A stretch of DNA of 64,000 bases. It comes from a virus. Both the position numbers and the translations under genes were made by a program. The notes beneath the pieces were generated by a model. That model saw only the letters and a program-made list of their open reading frames with translations, searched no databases and was not told the origin of the DNA. The stretch spans positions 187,488-251,487 of IMG/VR virus record IMGVR_UViG_3300027896_005002; one strand, given 5' to 3'. This document shows, in pieces, positions 1 to 9,597 of this stretch (position 1 is its first letter; each line of letters starts with the position of its first letter).

Positions 1-56
1 GCCGAAGACACTGCTTCATATTTCTTCATGCGACTAGCTATTGCACTATGATCCAT
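1..56 (-). CDS. N-terminal fragment of an ORF that runs off the window start (MDHSAIASRMKKYEAVSS...)
   Basis: ATG at 54-56 on minus strand preceded by AAAGGGAAAAATC (SD-like); reading frame open to position 1. Confidence 0.3.
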   Translation of the reverse strand, partial: MDHSAIASRMKKYEAVSS

Positions 57-74
57 GATTTTTCCCTTTGTTTA

Positions 75-632
75 TTATTTACCAAATACAGCTTCAAGTT
101 TCTTAAACATATCTTTTTCTTCTGTAGAAATTTTACCAATACCAAGAAGTCCTCCACTAGCACTAGCAATATGATGAGCTCGCTGCATTAATGATGCCTT
201 AAATGCTCTTTTCTCATCTTTTGATAGTTGTTCGCATAATCCTTTAATATAAGCAGCCCAAGCTTCAAAGAGTTTTTCATCGGGTTTTCGAATTAACCAC
301 TGAGCAACTGTTCCATATTCAGGACTATCTTTTTTAAGAAAATTAAGAATTGCTTTTCGCTCTACTTCATCTACATCACCATCAGCCCATGCTACTTCAA
401 TTAACGGAATAATTGATAATGAAGAAAGTGTTTCAGGACGAATATCAAGTTGTACAAGCTTTTTGAGAATTTCTTCATTTTTAATGCCTGAAACATTTGC
501 AAGCTCTTCTTGTGACTTCTTAAGAGCTTGCAAAGTACGAAGATTCTGTATTAATTGTTGATCTTCTCTCAGAAAAAAACTATCAAGAAGATTACGTGAT
601 AAATCTGCAAAATCAGATGTTTTGTTAATCAT
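75..632 (-). CDS. TerB-like domain protein (tellurite-resistance TerB fold), 185 aa
   Basis: Motif EVAWADGDVDEVERKAI typical of TerB-family helical domains; AAGGAG SD 7 nt upstream of ATG. Confidence 0.35.
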   Translation of the reverse strand: MINKTSDFADLSRNLLDSFFLREDQQLIQNLRTLQALKKSQEELANVSGIKNEEILKKLVQLDIRPETLSSLSIIPLIEVAWADGDVDEVERKAILNFLKKDSPEYGTVAQWLIRKPDEKLFEAWAAYIKGLCEQLSKDEKRAFKASLMQRAHHIASASGGLLGIGKISTEEKDMFKKLEAVFGK

Positions 633-661
633 ATTAACTCCTTTTTAACGTTTATTGAATT

Positions 662-1246
662 TCATATACGATTAAAAACTGCAAGTTGCACGTTCATTTC
701 TAACCATCGACTTTCGTTGTAAGGAGAACAATACTTATTCACTGTTTCTTGAATCATAGGATATGTACATTCATTCCCCCAATCATGAACACTTATTACA
801 GAACCTGAAGTCAACAAAGGCACAAATGTATTGAACTCACGCGCCTTATTTGCTCCATCACAATACAAATATACAGGACCTACATTTGCCCATTTGATGA
901 TTTCTTCTTTTGTATTAGAATCAAATTCATCCATCTTCTTATATTGCACTCTAAGTTTATGTAATAAAACTCCATCATTTAAAGTATCATTTAAATCAAT
1001 TGAATAAATGGGTATTTCCATTTTCAATGCCCATAAAGCCAATACTATTGTAATAGCACCATAACCTGTGCCTATTTCGATTATGGCTTTGATTTGTTGG
1101 TTATGCATTATCACATCATCAATAATGAAATACAACCAATAATTGTGTTGCATCGGTCTACCTAAAAACGTAGTATGCCAAGGAATGGCTCGACCGCTAC
1201 ATTCATTCCAGGGTATCATTGTAATTGTTTCCTGTGGTTGAATCAA
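662..1246 (-). CDS. Class I SAM-dependent methyltransferase (TylF/MycF-like O-methyltransferase fold)
   Basis: Motif I IIEIGTGYGAITIVLA (GxGxG). The ORF-track start is a TTG; the internal ATG (MIPWNE, about 1219) has an AGGAAA SD and is the more likely start. Confidence 0.5.
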   Translation of the reverse strand: MIQPQETITMIPWNECSGRAIPWHTTFLGRPMQHNYWLYFIIDDVIMHNQQIKAIIEIGTGYGAITIVLALWALKMEIPIYSIDLNDTLNDGVLLHKLRVQYKKMDEFDSNTKEEIIKWANVGPVYLYCDGANKAREFNTFVPLLTSGSVISVHDWGNECTYPMIQETVNKYCSPYNESRWLEMNVQLAVFNRI

Positions 1247-1474
1247 TGTAAATGAGTAACAACGACGACGACGACATAACTACAAGGACTTTTATTATCT
1301 AAGTTTTTAATAAAGATGAATAATTTTTATCATAAGACAGTCTTCTATCACATTTCTTTAATTGTAATCATAAAAATAATCATAGAAATTTGGTAAATTA
1401 ACAATCAACTTAATCATATTTTTATCATGACTGTAACATAAACGTAACATATTAAAAATCGAGGCGATGATGAA

Positions 1475-2572
1475 ATGAAAATTAAGACTCCATATTATTT
1501 AATAGATGAAAAAAAATTACTAAAAAACTTGCAAAGAATTAAACTAATTAGAGAAGCATCTACCGCCAAAGTCCTTCTTGCTACAAAATGTTTTTGCTGC
1601 CCTTCAGTTTTCAATTTAATGAAGCAATATCTTGATGGCACAGTCTCCAGTTCAGTATATGAAACAAAACTAGGTTCTGAAGAATTTGGTAAAGAAACAG
1701 TAGCATATTGTGTCGGCTATTCAAAAGAAGATATTGATGAAATAAAAATGTATGCTGATAAAATAATTTTTAATTCAATATCACAATTAAAAATGTTTGG
1801 TGTTTACAGTAAAGATATGGAATCTGTAGGACTCCGAATAAATCCCAATATAAGTTATTCTCATTTCGATTTAGCCAATCCTTCAAGAAAAAATTCAAGA
1901 CTTGGTGTTGGTAATGTTGATGACATCATTGATGTCTTACATATGTTGGATGGTGTAATGTTTCACTTTAATTGTGAAAATGATGACTTTAATGCATTTT
2001 CTGTAATGATAGATTATATTAGTACAAATTTTTCAGAAATATTAAAAGATCTAGAATGGGTAAGTCTAGGTGGAGGTATATATTTTAGTAAAGAGAATTA
2101 TCCTGTTCAGAAATTTTGTGAAAAAATAAAATCATTTAGTAAAAGATTTAATGTACAAGTTTATTTAGAACCAGGTGAATCTATAATTGATAGAGCTGGT
2201 GAATTAGTCACAACAGTCGTTGATATTACTAATAATGACTGTGATCTTGCTATTGTTGATGCATCAATAGAAGCGCATATGTTAGATTTATTGACTTACA
2301 GACAATCTGCAATACTTAGTACAAATGGTAAATACAAATATACTGTATGTGGTCGGTCATGTCTTGCTGGTGATATTTTTGGTACGTACAAGTTTAAAGA
2401 TAAATTGAATATAGGTGATGAAATTAGATTTGAAAATGCATTAGGATATTCTATAGTAAAGAAAAATTGGTTTAACGGATTACAAATGCCGTCAATAGTC
2501 GTAAAAAGATTAGATGATTCACTTGAAATTATTAGAACATTTACATATAATGATTTTAGAAATAGTATTTAA
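1475..2572 (+). CDS. nspC: Carboxynorspermidine/carboxyspermidine decarboxylase (CANSDC)
   Basis: 365 aa; N-terminal TPYYLIDEKKLLKNL hallmark of NspC (PLP-dependent alanine-racemase-fold decarboxylase); size and layout match bacterial nspC. Confidence 0.75.
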   Translation: MKIKTPYYLIDEKKLLKNLQRIKLIREASTAKVLLATKCFCCPSVFNLMKQYLDGTVSSSVYETKLGSEEFGKETVAYCVGYSKEDIDEIKMYADKIIFNSISQLKMFGVYSKDMESVGLRINPNISYSHFDLANPSRKNSRLGVGNVDDIIDVLHMLDGVMFHFNCENDDFNAFSVMIDYISTNFSEILKDLEWVSLGGGIYFSKENYPVQKFCEKIKSFSKRFNVQVYLEPGESIIDRAGELVTTVVDITNNDCDLAIVDASIEAHMLDLLTYRQSAILSTNGKYKYTVCGRSCLAGDIFGTYKFKDKLNIGDEIRFENALGYSIVKKNWFNGLQMPSIVVKRLDDSLEIIRTFTYNDFRNSI

Positions 2573-2593
2573 ATAGAAGAAAGAAGGTGTAAT

Positions 2594-3841
2594 ATGAATA
2601 CTTTAATCATTGGAGCGGGTGGAGTAGCAAAAATTACAGCACATAAATGTGCTCAAGTCAATGATATCTTAGGTGATATTTGTATTGCATCTAGACACCA
2701 AGATAAATGTGATGAAATTATAGAAAGTGTTCATCGAAAAAACAATATTAAAAATAGAAAAAAGCGAATATTTTCAAAACAATTGAATGCCTTTAATGTA
2801 AGTGATACGATTAAACTTATTGAAAAAACTGATTCATCTATTGTACTTAATTTAGGCACAGCTTTTTTAAATATGTCAATACTTGAAGCTTGTATTAGAA
2901 CAGGTGTAAGTTATTTAGACACTGCAATCCATGAAGAACCTGATCGTGTAGCAACAATATGCGAGCCGCCTCCTTGGTATGCAAATTATGAATGGAAGAG
3001 AAAAGATCGTTGTGATGCGGCTAAGATTAATGCAATTTTGGGTATTGGTTTTGATCCTGGTGTTGTTAATGCTTATTGTGCATATGCACAAAATAAATTG
3101 TTTGATGAGATTGATACCATTGATATTTTAGATGTTAATGCTGGAAGTCATGGTCGATATTTTGCTACAAATTTTGATCCTGAGATTAATTTTAGAGAAT
3201 TTGTTGGTGATGCTTGGGAATGGGAAAATCGTGTATGGACAAAATATCCAATGCATGCTGTAAAGAAAATATATGATTTTCCTGTAGTAGGTAAGCAAAC
3301 CATGTATTTGACCGGTCATGATGAAATCCATTCTTTACATAAAAACATAAAAGCAAACACAATTAGGTTCTGGATGAGTTTTAGTGATCACTATATAAAA
3401 TGTTTTTCTGTTTTGAAAAATATTGGATTATTATCTGAAAAATCTGTAAAAACTGCTGAAGGTATTGAAGTCATTCCACTTAAGGTAGTAAAAGCTTGTT
3501 TACCTGATCCAAAATCATTAGCAAAAGATTATACCGGCAAAACATGCATCGGTTGTTTAATTAATGGTACAAAAAATAATGAAAGAAAAGAATATTTTAT
3601 ATATAATATTTGTGATCACAAAGAATGTTTTAAAGAAACAGAATCACAAGGGATTAGTTATACCGCAGGTGTTCCTATTACAACTGCAGCTGTATTATTA
3701 GCTAAAAAAATCTGGAATCCAATGAAAATGGTAAATGTTGAGGAATTAGATCCGAATCCATTTATTAAGTTACTTGGAGAAATGGGTCTTGGAACAGAAA
3801 CAATTGAAATAACAAAAAATAATCAAATGTTATGTTTATAA
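2594..3841 (+). CDS. Carboxynorspermidine dehydrogenase / carboxynorspermidine synthase (CANSDH, saccharopine-dehydrogenase-like)
   Basis: 415 aa; N-terminal Rossmann MNTLIIGAGGVAKITAHKCAQ typical of CANSDH; GAAAGAAGGTG SD; adjacent to nspC as in bacterial operons. Confidence 0.75.
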   Translation: MNTLIIGAGGVAKITAHKCAQVNDILGDICIASRHQDKCDEIIESVHRKNNIKNRKKRIFSKQLNAFNVSDTIKLIEKTDSSIVLNLGTAFLNMSILEACIRTGVSYLDTAIHEEPDRVATICEPPPWYANYEWKRKDRCDAAKINAILGIGFDPGVVNAYCAYAQNKLFDEIDTIDILDVNAGSHGRYFATNFDPEINFREFVGDAWEWENRVWTKYPMHAVKKIYDFPVVGKQTMYLTGHDEIHSLHKNIKANTIRFWMSFSDHYIKCFSVLKNIGLLSEKSVKTAEGIEVIPLKVVKACLPDPKSLAKDYTGKTCIGCLINGTKNNERKEYFIYNICDHKECFKETESQGISYTAGVPITTAAVLLAKKIWNPMKMVNVEELDPNPFIKLLGEMGLGTETIEITKNNQMLCL

Positions 3842-4023
3842 AGAAAAATAACAACTTCAATTACAAAAGTAAAAAGTAAAATTAATACTAATAAAACAGA
3901 AATTAAAAAACTTTTAAATGTGTTGATTGTAGCTTTGTGTATGTTTACGTTTCTTTGATAGAAGAAAAGTGTAGATAAAATTGACAGTGATAATAAAATT
4001 ACCGTAATAGTAATTATTTTCAT
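3823..4023 (-). CDS. Small hydrophobic (membrane) protein, 66 aa
   Basis: Predicted TM segments; overlaps the 3' end of the CANSDH gene on the opposite strand; could be spurious. Confidence 0.25.
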   Translation of the reverse strand: MKIITITVILLSLSILSTLFFYQRNVNIHKATINTFKSFLISVLLVLILLFTFVIEVVIFLYKHNI

Positions 4024-4382
4024 GTTGCCTCTTTATATTCAATAAATTTTGGCATATCATCTGGATGTAGCATTAGAGTTAGTCCGCAGTCATGACCACA
4101 GAAAAATGAATGTTTTATACAAGCTAATCCTGGTTGAAGTTGTGCTATTCGATTTTCATGTTGTTGAATCCATGGTGGAGTATGCGGCAATGAAAAAGTT
4201 TTTCCATCATTACGGACAAATGTAAAATATGTCCGAGAACCACCGTCCCAAAATGATGTGACGTCAAATTGTTTTTCTTCAGTAATTACAAAAAATTTAC
4301 GACCTTTATAATCTGAATAAATACTTTTCATTAATTTGACAATATTGGGATATTGTTTTGTTGTAATTTTCATAATAAACAA
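4020..4382 (-). CDS. Hypothetical protein, 120 aa
   Basis: ORF with start/stop overlap to the next ORF (operon-like). Confidence 0.4.
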   Translation of the reverse strand: MFIMKITTKQYPNIVKLMKSIYSDYKGRKFFVITEEKQFDVTSFWDGGSRTYFTFVRNDGKTFSLPHTPPWIQQHENRIAQLQPGLACIKHSFFCGHDCGLTLMLHPDDMPKFIEYKEAT

Positions 4383-4591
4383 TTAGGATTTTCAATACAT
4401 CCTATACATTGAATGCCTATATTAGGGCAATTATTTTTACCACAAATTGCAATGTTCACTTTAATAGTTTTTAATTTTCCTTTTTTATTATGAAATGGGC
4501 ATACAGCCTTATCATTTGTCAAAGTAAGATTACATTCTGGACAATGATATTCGATAATATTATTATCATGCATGTTAATTATAATCATCAA
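4370..4591 (-). CDS. Zinc-ribbon mini-protein (CPEC...CPFH...CGKNNC...CIGC)
   Basis: Several CxxC pairs in 73 aa. Confidence 0.4.
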   Translation of the reverse strand: MMIIINMHDNNIIEYHCPECNLTLTNDKAVCPFHNKKGKLKTIKVNIAICGKNNCPNIGIQCIGCIENPNCLL

Positions 4592-4676
4592 AAAAATCGT
4601 AGATCACTGTATTCTACATAATTGATAATTCAATTAATAGAAATTGGTTTAATCAACTTTTTAGAAAGGATTACAT

Positions 4677-5546
4677 ATGACAGATCAAGAACGTATAAGT
4701 CTACTTGAACAAAAAGTAGAAAAAATTGCTGCTGTTTTGGTAAGTCATGGTATTAATGTAAAAGGTATTAATAATGTAGTAGTTAATAAAAAATCAAAGA
4801 GAAGTTATGGTTTTAAGCCTGATTTACCAGACCAACGAGACTTTACTTTTGCTTCGCTCGGAAAAACAGTTACTTTGCCGGCACTTATTGATCTTAGACC
4901 ACACGATTCTCCAATCGAAGATCAAGGTGATTTAGGTAGTTGTACTGCACATGCGCTTGCAGGCGCTCTTCAATTTCTTGAATTAAAAGACAAATTGCCG
5001 TTGGTAAATATGAGTAGGTTGTTTATTTATTATAATGAAAGAGCTCTTGAAGGAACAATTAGATCTGATAGCGGCGCTGCTCTTCGTGATGGAATTAAGA
5101 CATTGGCAAAACAAGGTTGTTGTGCTGAAAATGAATGGCCTTATATTATTCCTAGATTTGAGTTAAGACCATCAACAATTTGTTATAAAGATGGTGTAAA
5201 ACATATTATTCAAAGTTATTATAGAGTTATTACTTTAAATGATATGAAAACATGTTTAGCTTCTGGTTATCCATTTATTTTTGGTTTTACAGTTTATGAA
5301 AGTTTTGAAAGTGATCAAGTTGCAGCAACAGGTATTGTTCCTATGCCTGCACCCGGTGAACAAGTATTAGGTGGTCATGCAGTTTTAGCTGTAGGTTATG
5401 ATGATGCTAATCAAAGATTCATTGTCAGAAATTCATGGGGTACATCATGGGGTAGTAAAGGATATTTTTACTTGCCTTATGCTTATGTAACAAATCGGAA
5501 TTTAGCATCTGATATGTGGTATGTTAGTCGCGCAAAAGGTTTATAA
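4677..5546 (+). CDS. Papain-like (C1 family) cysteine peptidase
   Basis: QGDLGSCTAHALAG (Gln oxyanion plus catalytic Cys region), C-terminal NSWGTSWGSKGYFYLPY (Asn-Ser-Trp-Gly motif); AAAGGA SD. Confidence 0.7.
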   Translation: MTDQERISLLEQKVEKIAAVLVSHGINVKGINNVVVNKKSKRSYGFKPDLPDQRDFTFASLGKTVTLPALIDLRPHDSPIEDQGDLGSCTAHALAGALQFLELKDKLPLVNMSRLFIYYNERALEGTIRSDSGAALRDGIKTLAKQGCCAENEWPYIIPRFELRPSTICYKDGVKHIIQSYYRVITLNDMKTCLASGYPFIFGFTVYESFESDQVAATGIVPMPAPGEQVLGGHAVLAVGYDDANQRFIVRNSWGTSWGSKGYFYLPYAYVTNRNLASDMWYVSRAKGL

Positions 5547-5581
5547 AAAAGTAAGAGGGGTAACTATTTTTACCCCTCTTT

Positions 5582-5827
5582 CTATCTATTATACCAAACG
5601 ATATGTGTTGCATCTTTAGGTATTGTTGCACTTGCAGTAGATGGTTTTATCAATATTGATTCATCAGCCAAATTGTCTTTAACGGGATATCCAAAACCGT
5701 CATAATCTATAAAACTATCACATTCACAATGTTCCAAAAACTCTTTAACAGTATAAACATCATCTTCATCTTCAGGACCATTACCATACATGTTTGTTTT
5801 ACTAAACTTTACTGGTTCATTATACAT
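5582..5827 (-). CDS. Hypothetical acidic small protein, 81 aa
   Basis: ORF; overlaps the start of the neighbouring ORF. Confidence 0.35.
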   Translation of the reverse strand: MYNEPVKFSKTNMYGNGPEDEDDVYTVKEFLEHCECDSFIDYDGFGYPVKDNLADESILIKPSTASATIPKDATHIVWYNR

Positions 5828-6053
5828 TTTTTTGAACCTTACAATTTTGTTCCCATGTTAAGACCATGCCTATTAAAATAGCGAATAAGACAAAAGGATG
5901 AATCATATAAAGTACACAGCAAATACAAATAATAAGTGCTATGGTTATTAAAAACATTGGAATTGTCCGCATATAATGACGCAATTTTCCTCCACACAGT
6001 TTGCATGCAAGTCTGCTATTTGAATGAGGATTTTCGCAAAGAAAACAATTCAT
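5820..6053 (-). CDS. Small membrane protein with N-terminal Cys cluster (CENPHSNSRLACKLCGG), 77 aa
   Basis: Cys-rich N-terminus plus two hydrophobic helices; immediately downstream of the radical SAM gene. Confidence 0.4.
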   Translation of the reverse strand: MNCFLCENPHSNSRLACKLCGGKLRHYMRTIPMFLITIALIICICCVLYMIHPFVLFAILIGMVLTWEQNCKVQKNV

Positions 6054-6072
6054 AATTTACCGTCCTTTCTAA

Positions 6073-6807
6073 TTATTTTTCCCAACTTTCCCAACTTTGT
6101 TGTGCTTTGCCTGTCAGATTTTTATACAAATTACATTTTCCGCATTTCATAGATTTAATATTTGATACTAATTCTTGATCTGTCGAATCAACATCACCAA
6201 TTTTATAACAACTATTACATTCACCAACAACAATTGAACCATCAATATTAATTGACGGCACACACATTTTTGCCATTTTAAATCGTAAATACATTATCGC
6301 AGTTTTAAAATTGTCAAAATAATGAATAAGCGACCGCAAATTAAAACATAAAGGACTTTGTCTTGTACATAATATATTATTTGTTAATGCACGACCAAAT
6401 GGTGATACAAGCAATAAATTATTGACGTAATTTAAATTTTCATTATTAACAAATTTTATACGTTGAGGATAATATCTAGAATCATTAGTAATTTGAAAAG
6501 TAACATTTGATTTTAGTATTTCATCTGAATAGTCTTCATTATTCAAAAACATTCCATTTGAAGCTACTAACAATGTTATAATTTTTTTACTTTCAATATA
6601 AGTTTTAGCAATACTAACAAAATCTAAAAATTGTGGATGTTCTGTAGGTTCTCCGCCTGATAAAAAGATCATTGTTGGATCAAATTTCATAACAAATTCT
6701 AAACATTTTATATATGTTTGAGCAGACATATGTTTACCATCAGGCGTAGAATTTATCATGCAATGAGAACAATTCATTCTACATGCATTAGTTATTCGTA
6801 TTAGCAT
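6073..6807 (-). CDS. Radical SAM enzyme (CxxxCxxC) with C-terminal extra Cys pairs (CNSC...CGKC, twitch/SPASM-like)
   Basis: ITNACRMNCSHCM motif 8 aa from N-terminus, GGEP motif (FLSGGEPTEHPQF), C-terminal CxxC x2. Confidence 0.65.
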   Translation of the reverse strand: MLIRITNACRMNCSHCMINSTPDGKHMSAQTYIKCLEFVMKFDPTMIFLSGGEPTEHPQFLDFVSIAKTYIESKKIITLLVASNGMFLNNEDYSDEILKSNVTFQITNDSRYYPQRIKFVNNENLNYVNNLLLVSPFGRALTNNILCTRQSPLCFNLRSLIHYFDNFKTAIMYLRFKMAKMCVPSINIDGSIVVGECNSCYKIGDVDSTDQELVSNIKSMKCGKCNLYKNLTGKAQQSWESWEK

Positions 6808-6864
6808 ATATGTTTAATCAATTTGTAAAACGTAGAAACTGTGTGGTGATTAGGCGGCAATTAC

Positions 6865-7776
6865 TTAAAGTTCTACTTCCATACCTTCTTTAGCTAATAT
6901 TATATTTAGATTTTCATATAGTCTATTATTCCACCAATTTTGAATAGTATCTAAAAAATCATCGGTATGTTTTGGATTATAATGAATACAATATAATTTC
7001 TTTACATTTGCTTGCATAGCGTTGTCTATAGCCATAGCATACGAACTATGACCAAATCCTTGCACAATCATTTTATCACTATTATATTCATCAGCTGTAT
7101 ACTGAGTATCATGAATCATAACATCACAATTTTTAGCAAAATTGATAACAGCTTTGTCACCACCAATTTTTGATTCATTGTCCCAAATACAAGCAACAGT
7201 CTTATCTGTTATTAAACTTTTTATTTTATAATATAAAGCACCTTGTTGTGGATGAGACGGTGCAAATGCTTGCATCACATCTACAGTAAATAAATTAGTT
7301 TGTAAAACTGATTTTCTAGTATAAGTATCTCCATCATTCATAATCTTACAGAGTCTTTCACTTTTGAGATGTTTGTATTCGATTGGAAATTGAGGTGGTA
7401 ACATTGTTTTTGATAAAATAATTTCTACATTTTCATTAAGAGATTCCATACCTAACATGTCAATTTTTGCTCCATGAAAATGATTAGGAGCAAAAAACGG
7501 AAAACCTTGCGTATGGTCAGGATGTAAATGTGTAAAGAATATTGGAAAAAATAAAAGTTCTTTCTTTTCAAAAAAATTGGATATAATATCTTGTCCCAAT
7601 TTTATTATACCTGTACCGGCATCAACAATAATTCTGTAAATCCTACCATCATATTCTTCTGAAAACGACACGCATGTAGTATTTCCACCATATCGTACAG
7701 TGTCGGGTCCTGGAACTGGATAACTGCCACGAGTACCATAAAATTTAATTTTCATTTTAATTTCCTTTTTTATCAA
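6865..7776 (-). CDS. Metallo-beta-lactamase (MBL)-fold metallo-hydrolase
   Basis: HxHxDH motif (THLHPDHTQG), N-terminal KFYGTRGSYPVPG typical of MBL/RNase-Z-like folds. Confidence 0.6.
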   Translation of the reverse strand: MIKKEIKMKIKFYGTRGSYPVPGPDTVRYGGNTTCVSFSEEYDGRIYRIIVDAGTGIIKLGQDIISNFFEKKELLFFPIFFTHLHPDHTQGFPFFAPNHFHGAKIDMLGMESLNENVEIILSKTMLPPQFPIEYKHLKSERLCKIMNDGDTYTRKSVLQTNLFTVDVMQAFAPSHPQQGALYYKIKSLITDKTVACIWDNESKIGGDKAVINFAKNCDVMIHDTQYTADEYNSDKMIVQGFGHSSYAMAIDNAMQANVKKLYCIHYNPKHTDDFLDTIQNWWNNRLYENLNIILAKEGMEVEL

Positions 7777-7984
7777 AGACTTCTACAAATTCATTTTTAC
7801 AATTTTTTTTAAAAATATGTCCATTTACTCCTGCATAAATATTATCATTTATAACATTTATACTATACCAATTTCTATGAGCGAATAATAAAGTACCACA
7901 ATATCGACATTGAGTAGTAGTACTAACTAATTCAAAAAAATTACATACTGGACACTTAACTCTTTGTTCATTTAACATATTCAT
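7757..7984 (-). CDS. Zinc-ribbon mini-protein (CPVC...CRYC), 75 aa
   Basis: Two CxxC pairs; overlapping stop/start with neighbours (translational coupling). Confidence 0.4.
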   Translation of the reverse strand: MNMLNEQRVKCPVCNFFELVSTTTQCRYCGTLLFAHRNWYSINVINDNIYAGVNGHIFKKNCKNEFVEVFDKKGN

Positions 7985-8520
7985 TTTTTTTCAATTGATA
8001 ATTTTATGTCTGAAAATTCCAAATGCATTGATTGTGCTTTAAATTTTGTTAAAACAGTTCTTGCGGCTCCAATAAAGGCAATTAACAATTCTGGATTATC
8101 TTCAACTAATGAGAATTCTTTGAAACTTGGTAATGTTTCTGATTTGACTTTGTTAGATTTTGGCTGTTTAGACTCTGGACTTTTTGACACACTAGATTTT
8201 CTTTTATTATAAGGATATTTGATAGCATTGCATGTATCACATCGTATTTGTCTACCTTTACGTTCAAATGGATTTTGACAATCTACACAAATTGTTGTTT
8301 TTGAAGATTCTTCATTTTTAGTCATTGATTCCTCCTTTTGAGAATCTATATTTTCAAGTGGTTGTAATGCAAAAGTACCTATTTTATGTGTGGGCATAAT
8401 TAAACATGAATTACAAGTAGTCTGTGATTCTATTACAGTTGAAAATGGTTGCCTGCATTTATCACAGATTTTTTCTCTTTGTATGTTGAGTTCTACTGGT
8501 TTTTTATAACTCCTCATCAT
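7981..8520 (-). CDS. Double zinc-ribbon protein, 179 aa
   Basis: CDKCRQPF...CNSC and CVDCQNPF...CDTC; Lys/Ser-rich linker. Confidence 0.45.
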   Translation of the reverse strand: MMRSYKKPVELNIQREKICDKCRQPFSTVIESQTTCNSCLIMPTHKIGTFALQPLENIDSQKEESMTKNEESSKTTICVDCQNPFERKGRQIRCDTCNAIKYPYNKRKSSVSKSPESKQPKSNKVKSETLPSFKEFSLVEDNPELLIAFIGAARTVLTKFKAQSMHLEFSDIKLSIEKK

Positions 8521-9449
8521 ATAAATCGTTTACATCCAGTCGTAGGACGAATAAAAGATATTTGACAATTACTTTTGTCTATTATACGTTTATCATAAAA
8601 TTCACATTTATTATTCTGACAAGGCTTAATTTCTTCCAACGATTGTTTAATTTTTTTACATTCAGGATGATGACTTTTTTCACCAATTGCCATATCAGTT
8701 AAATACCATTCTCCATTTGCACCTTTTAAGAAATCTAATGACCAATAACCACTAAATAATTTAGCTACATATGTAGCCATTTTAATAAGTTCATTTTCGT
8801 CATCATTAGATAATGAAGCCATTTCATCAAATAATTTTTCGTCTATATCATTTTCAAAAGCTTTTCTATCCCAATAATTATGATGACATTCTATCTTACC
8901 ATTACGTACAAAAAATCTTCGTTCCTTCGTTATAGGCATTTCACCTATAAAATAATGAAAATATGGTTCAGTTTTAATAAATTCACGAACAGCCCAAAAA
9001 TCAAAAGGAATTACTCTATCAATTGTAGCTATACAACTCATATAAAGTAGATTGTGCACGTGATTTAGTAAAGTATCAGATGTATGACTTAATAAAGTAC
9101 TTTCATTTTCAATAGTTTTTTCATTAATATAACAAGAATTTTTCCAATCATGTTTATTACTTAAATGTCCTGTTCGTAAAAATGCAGGTAATCCAACCTC
9201 AATAACTGCATTTTTTAAATCGGACATAAACTGTCCGAGGCCTTCAGGATTCTTATTGTCAAACAAGTCAATAAGTTGAACATTAGTATGAATGATTATT
9301 GTCTTTGGCATAGGAAAACTTAATCTGTAAAGTCTAGGATACCAAAATGTAATACAATTCATAGCATCGCATGTATCACAAACATCATCATTTACTATCA
9401 TTTCATTTGAATTGAATTCATTATTACATCTAATACAACGTTTTTTCAT
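8517..9449 (-). CDS. Putative ATP-grasp-fold enzyme with N-terminal zinc ribbon
   Basis: N-terminal CIRCNNEF...CDTC; C-terminal WSLDFLKGANGEWYLTDMAIGE resembles the ATP-grasp strand-loop (DF..dngewyvlEvN); low-confidence fold call. Confidence 0.35.
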   Translation of the reverse strand: MKKRCIRCNNEFNSNEMIVNDDVCDTCDAMNCITFWYPRLYRLSFPMPKTIIIHTNVQLIDLFDNKNPEGLGQFMSDLKNAVIEVGLPAFLRTGHLSNKHDWKNSCYINEKTIENESTLLSHTSDTLLNHVHNLLYMSCIATIDRVIPFDFWAVREFIKTEPYFHYFIGEMPITKERRFFVRNGKIECHHNYWDRKAFENDIDEKLFDEMASLSNDDENELIKMATYVAKLFSGYWSLDFLKGANGEWYLTDMAIGEKSHHPECKKIKQSLEEIKPCQNNKCEFYDKRIIDKSNCQISFIRPTTGCKRFI

Positions 9450-9517
9450 TTTTTTCTTTCAATTTTTTAAACAATTGTTACCCATATAATTAATTATGTT
9501 ATTTTTTTCTATATTTT

Positions 9518-9564
9518 CACAAAAAATATGTCCGACTCTATATTCGAGCAGTCGGACATATAAT
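9518..9564 (-). terminator. Rho-independent terminator (12-bp GC-rich stem ATATGTCCGACT/AGTCGGACATAT, then ATTTTTTGT on minus strand)
   Basis: Perfect inverted repeat 9530-9541/9553-9564 with 11-nt loop; T-run follows on minus strand; lies between convergently ending minus-strand transcription units. Confidence 0.6.
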
Positions 9565-9597
9565 TAGAGAAGGTCCTGTTAAGTCGACTTTAACGGT

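Noticed and set aside
1262-1279. (CGA)5 microsatellite in the divergent intergenic region between the MTase and nspC
   Set aside because: Short simple repeat without an obvious function; noted only as a possible slippage-prone tract
3128-3331. 67-aa minus-strand ORF inside the CANSDH gene
   Set aside because: Fully embedded antisense ORF within a well-supported gene
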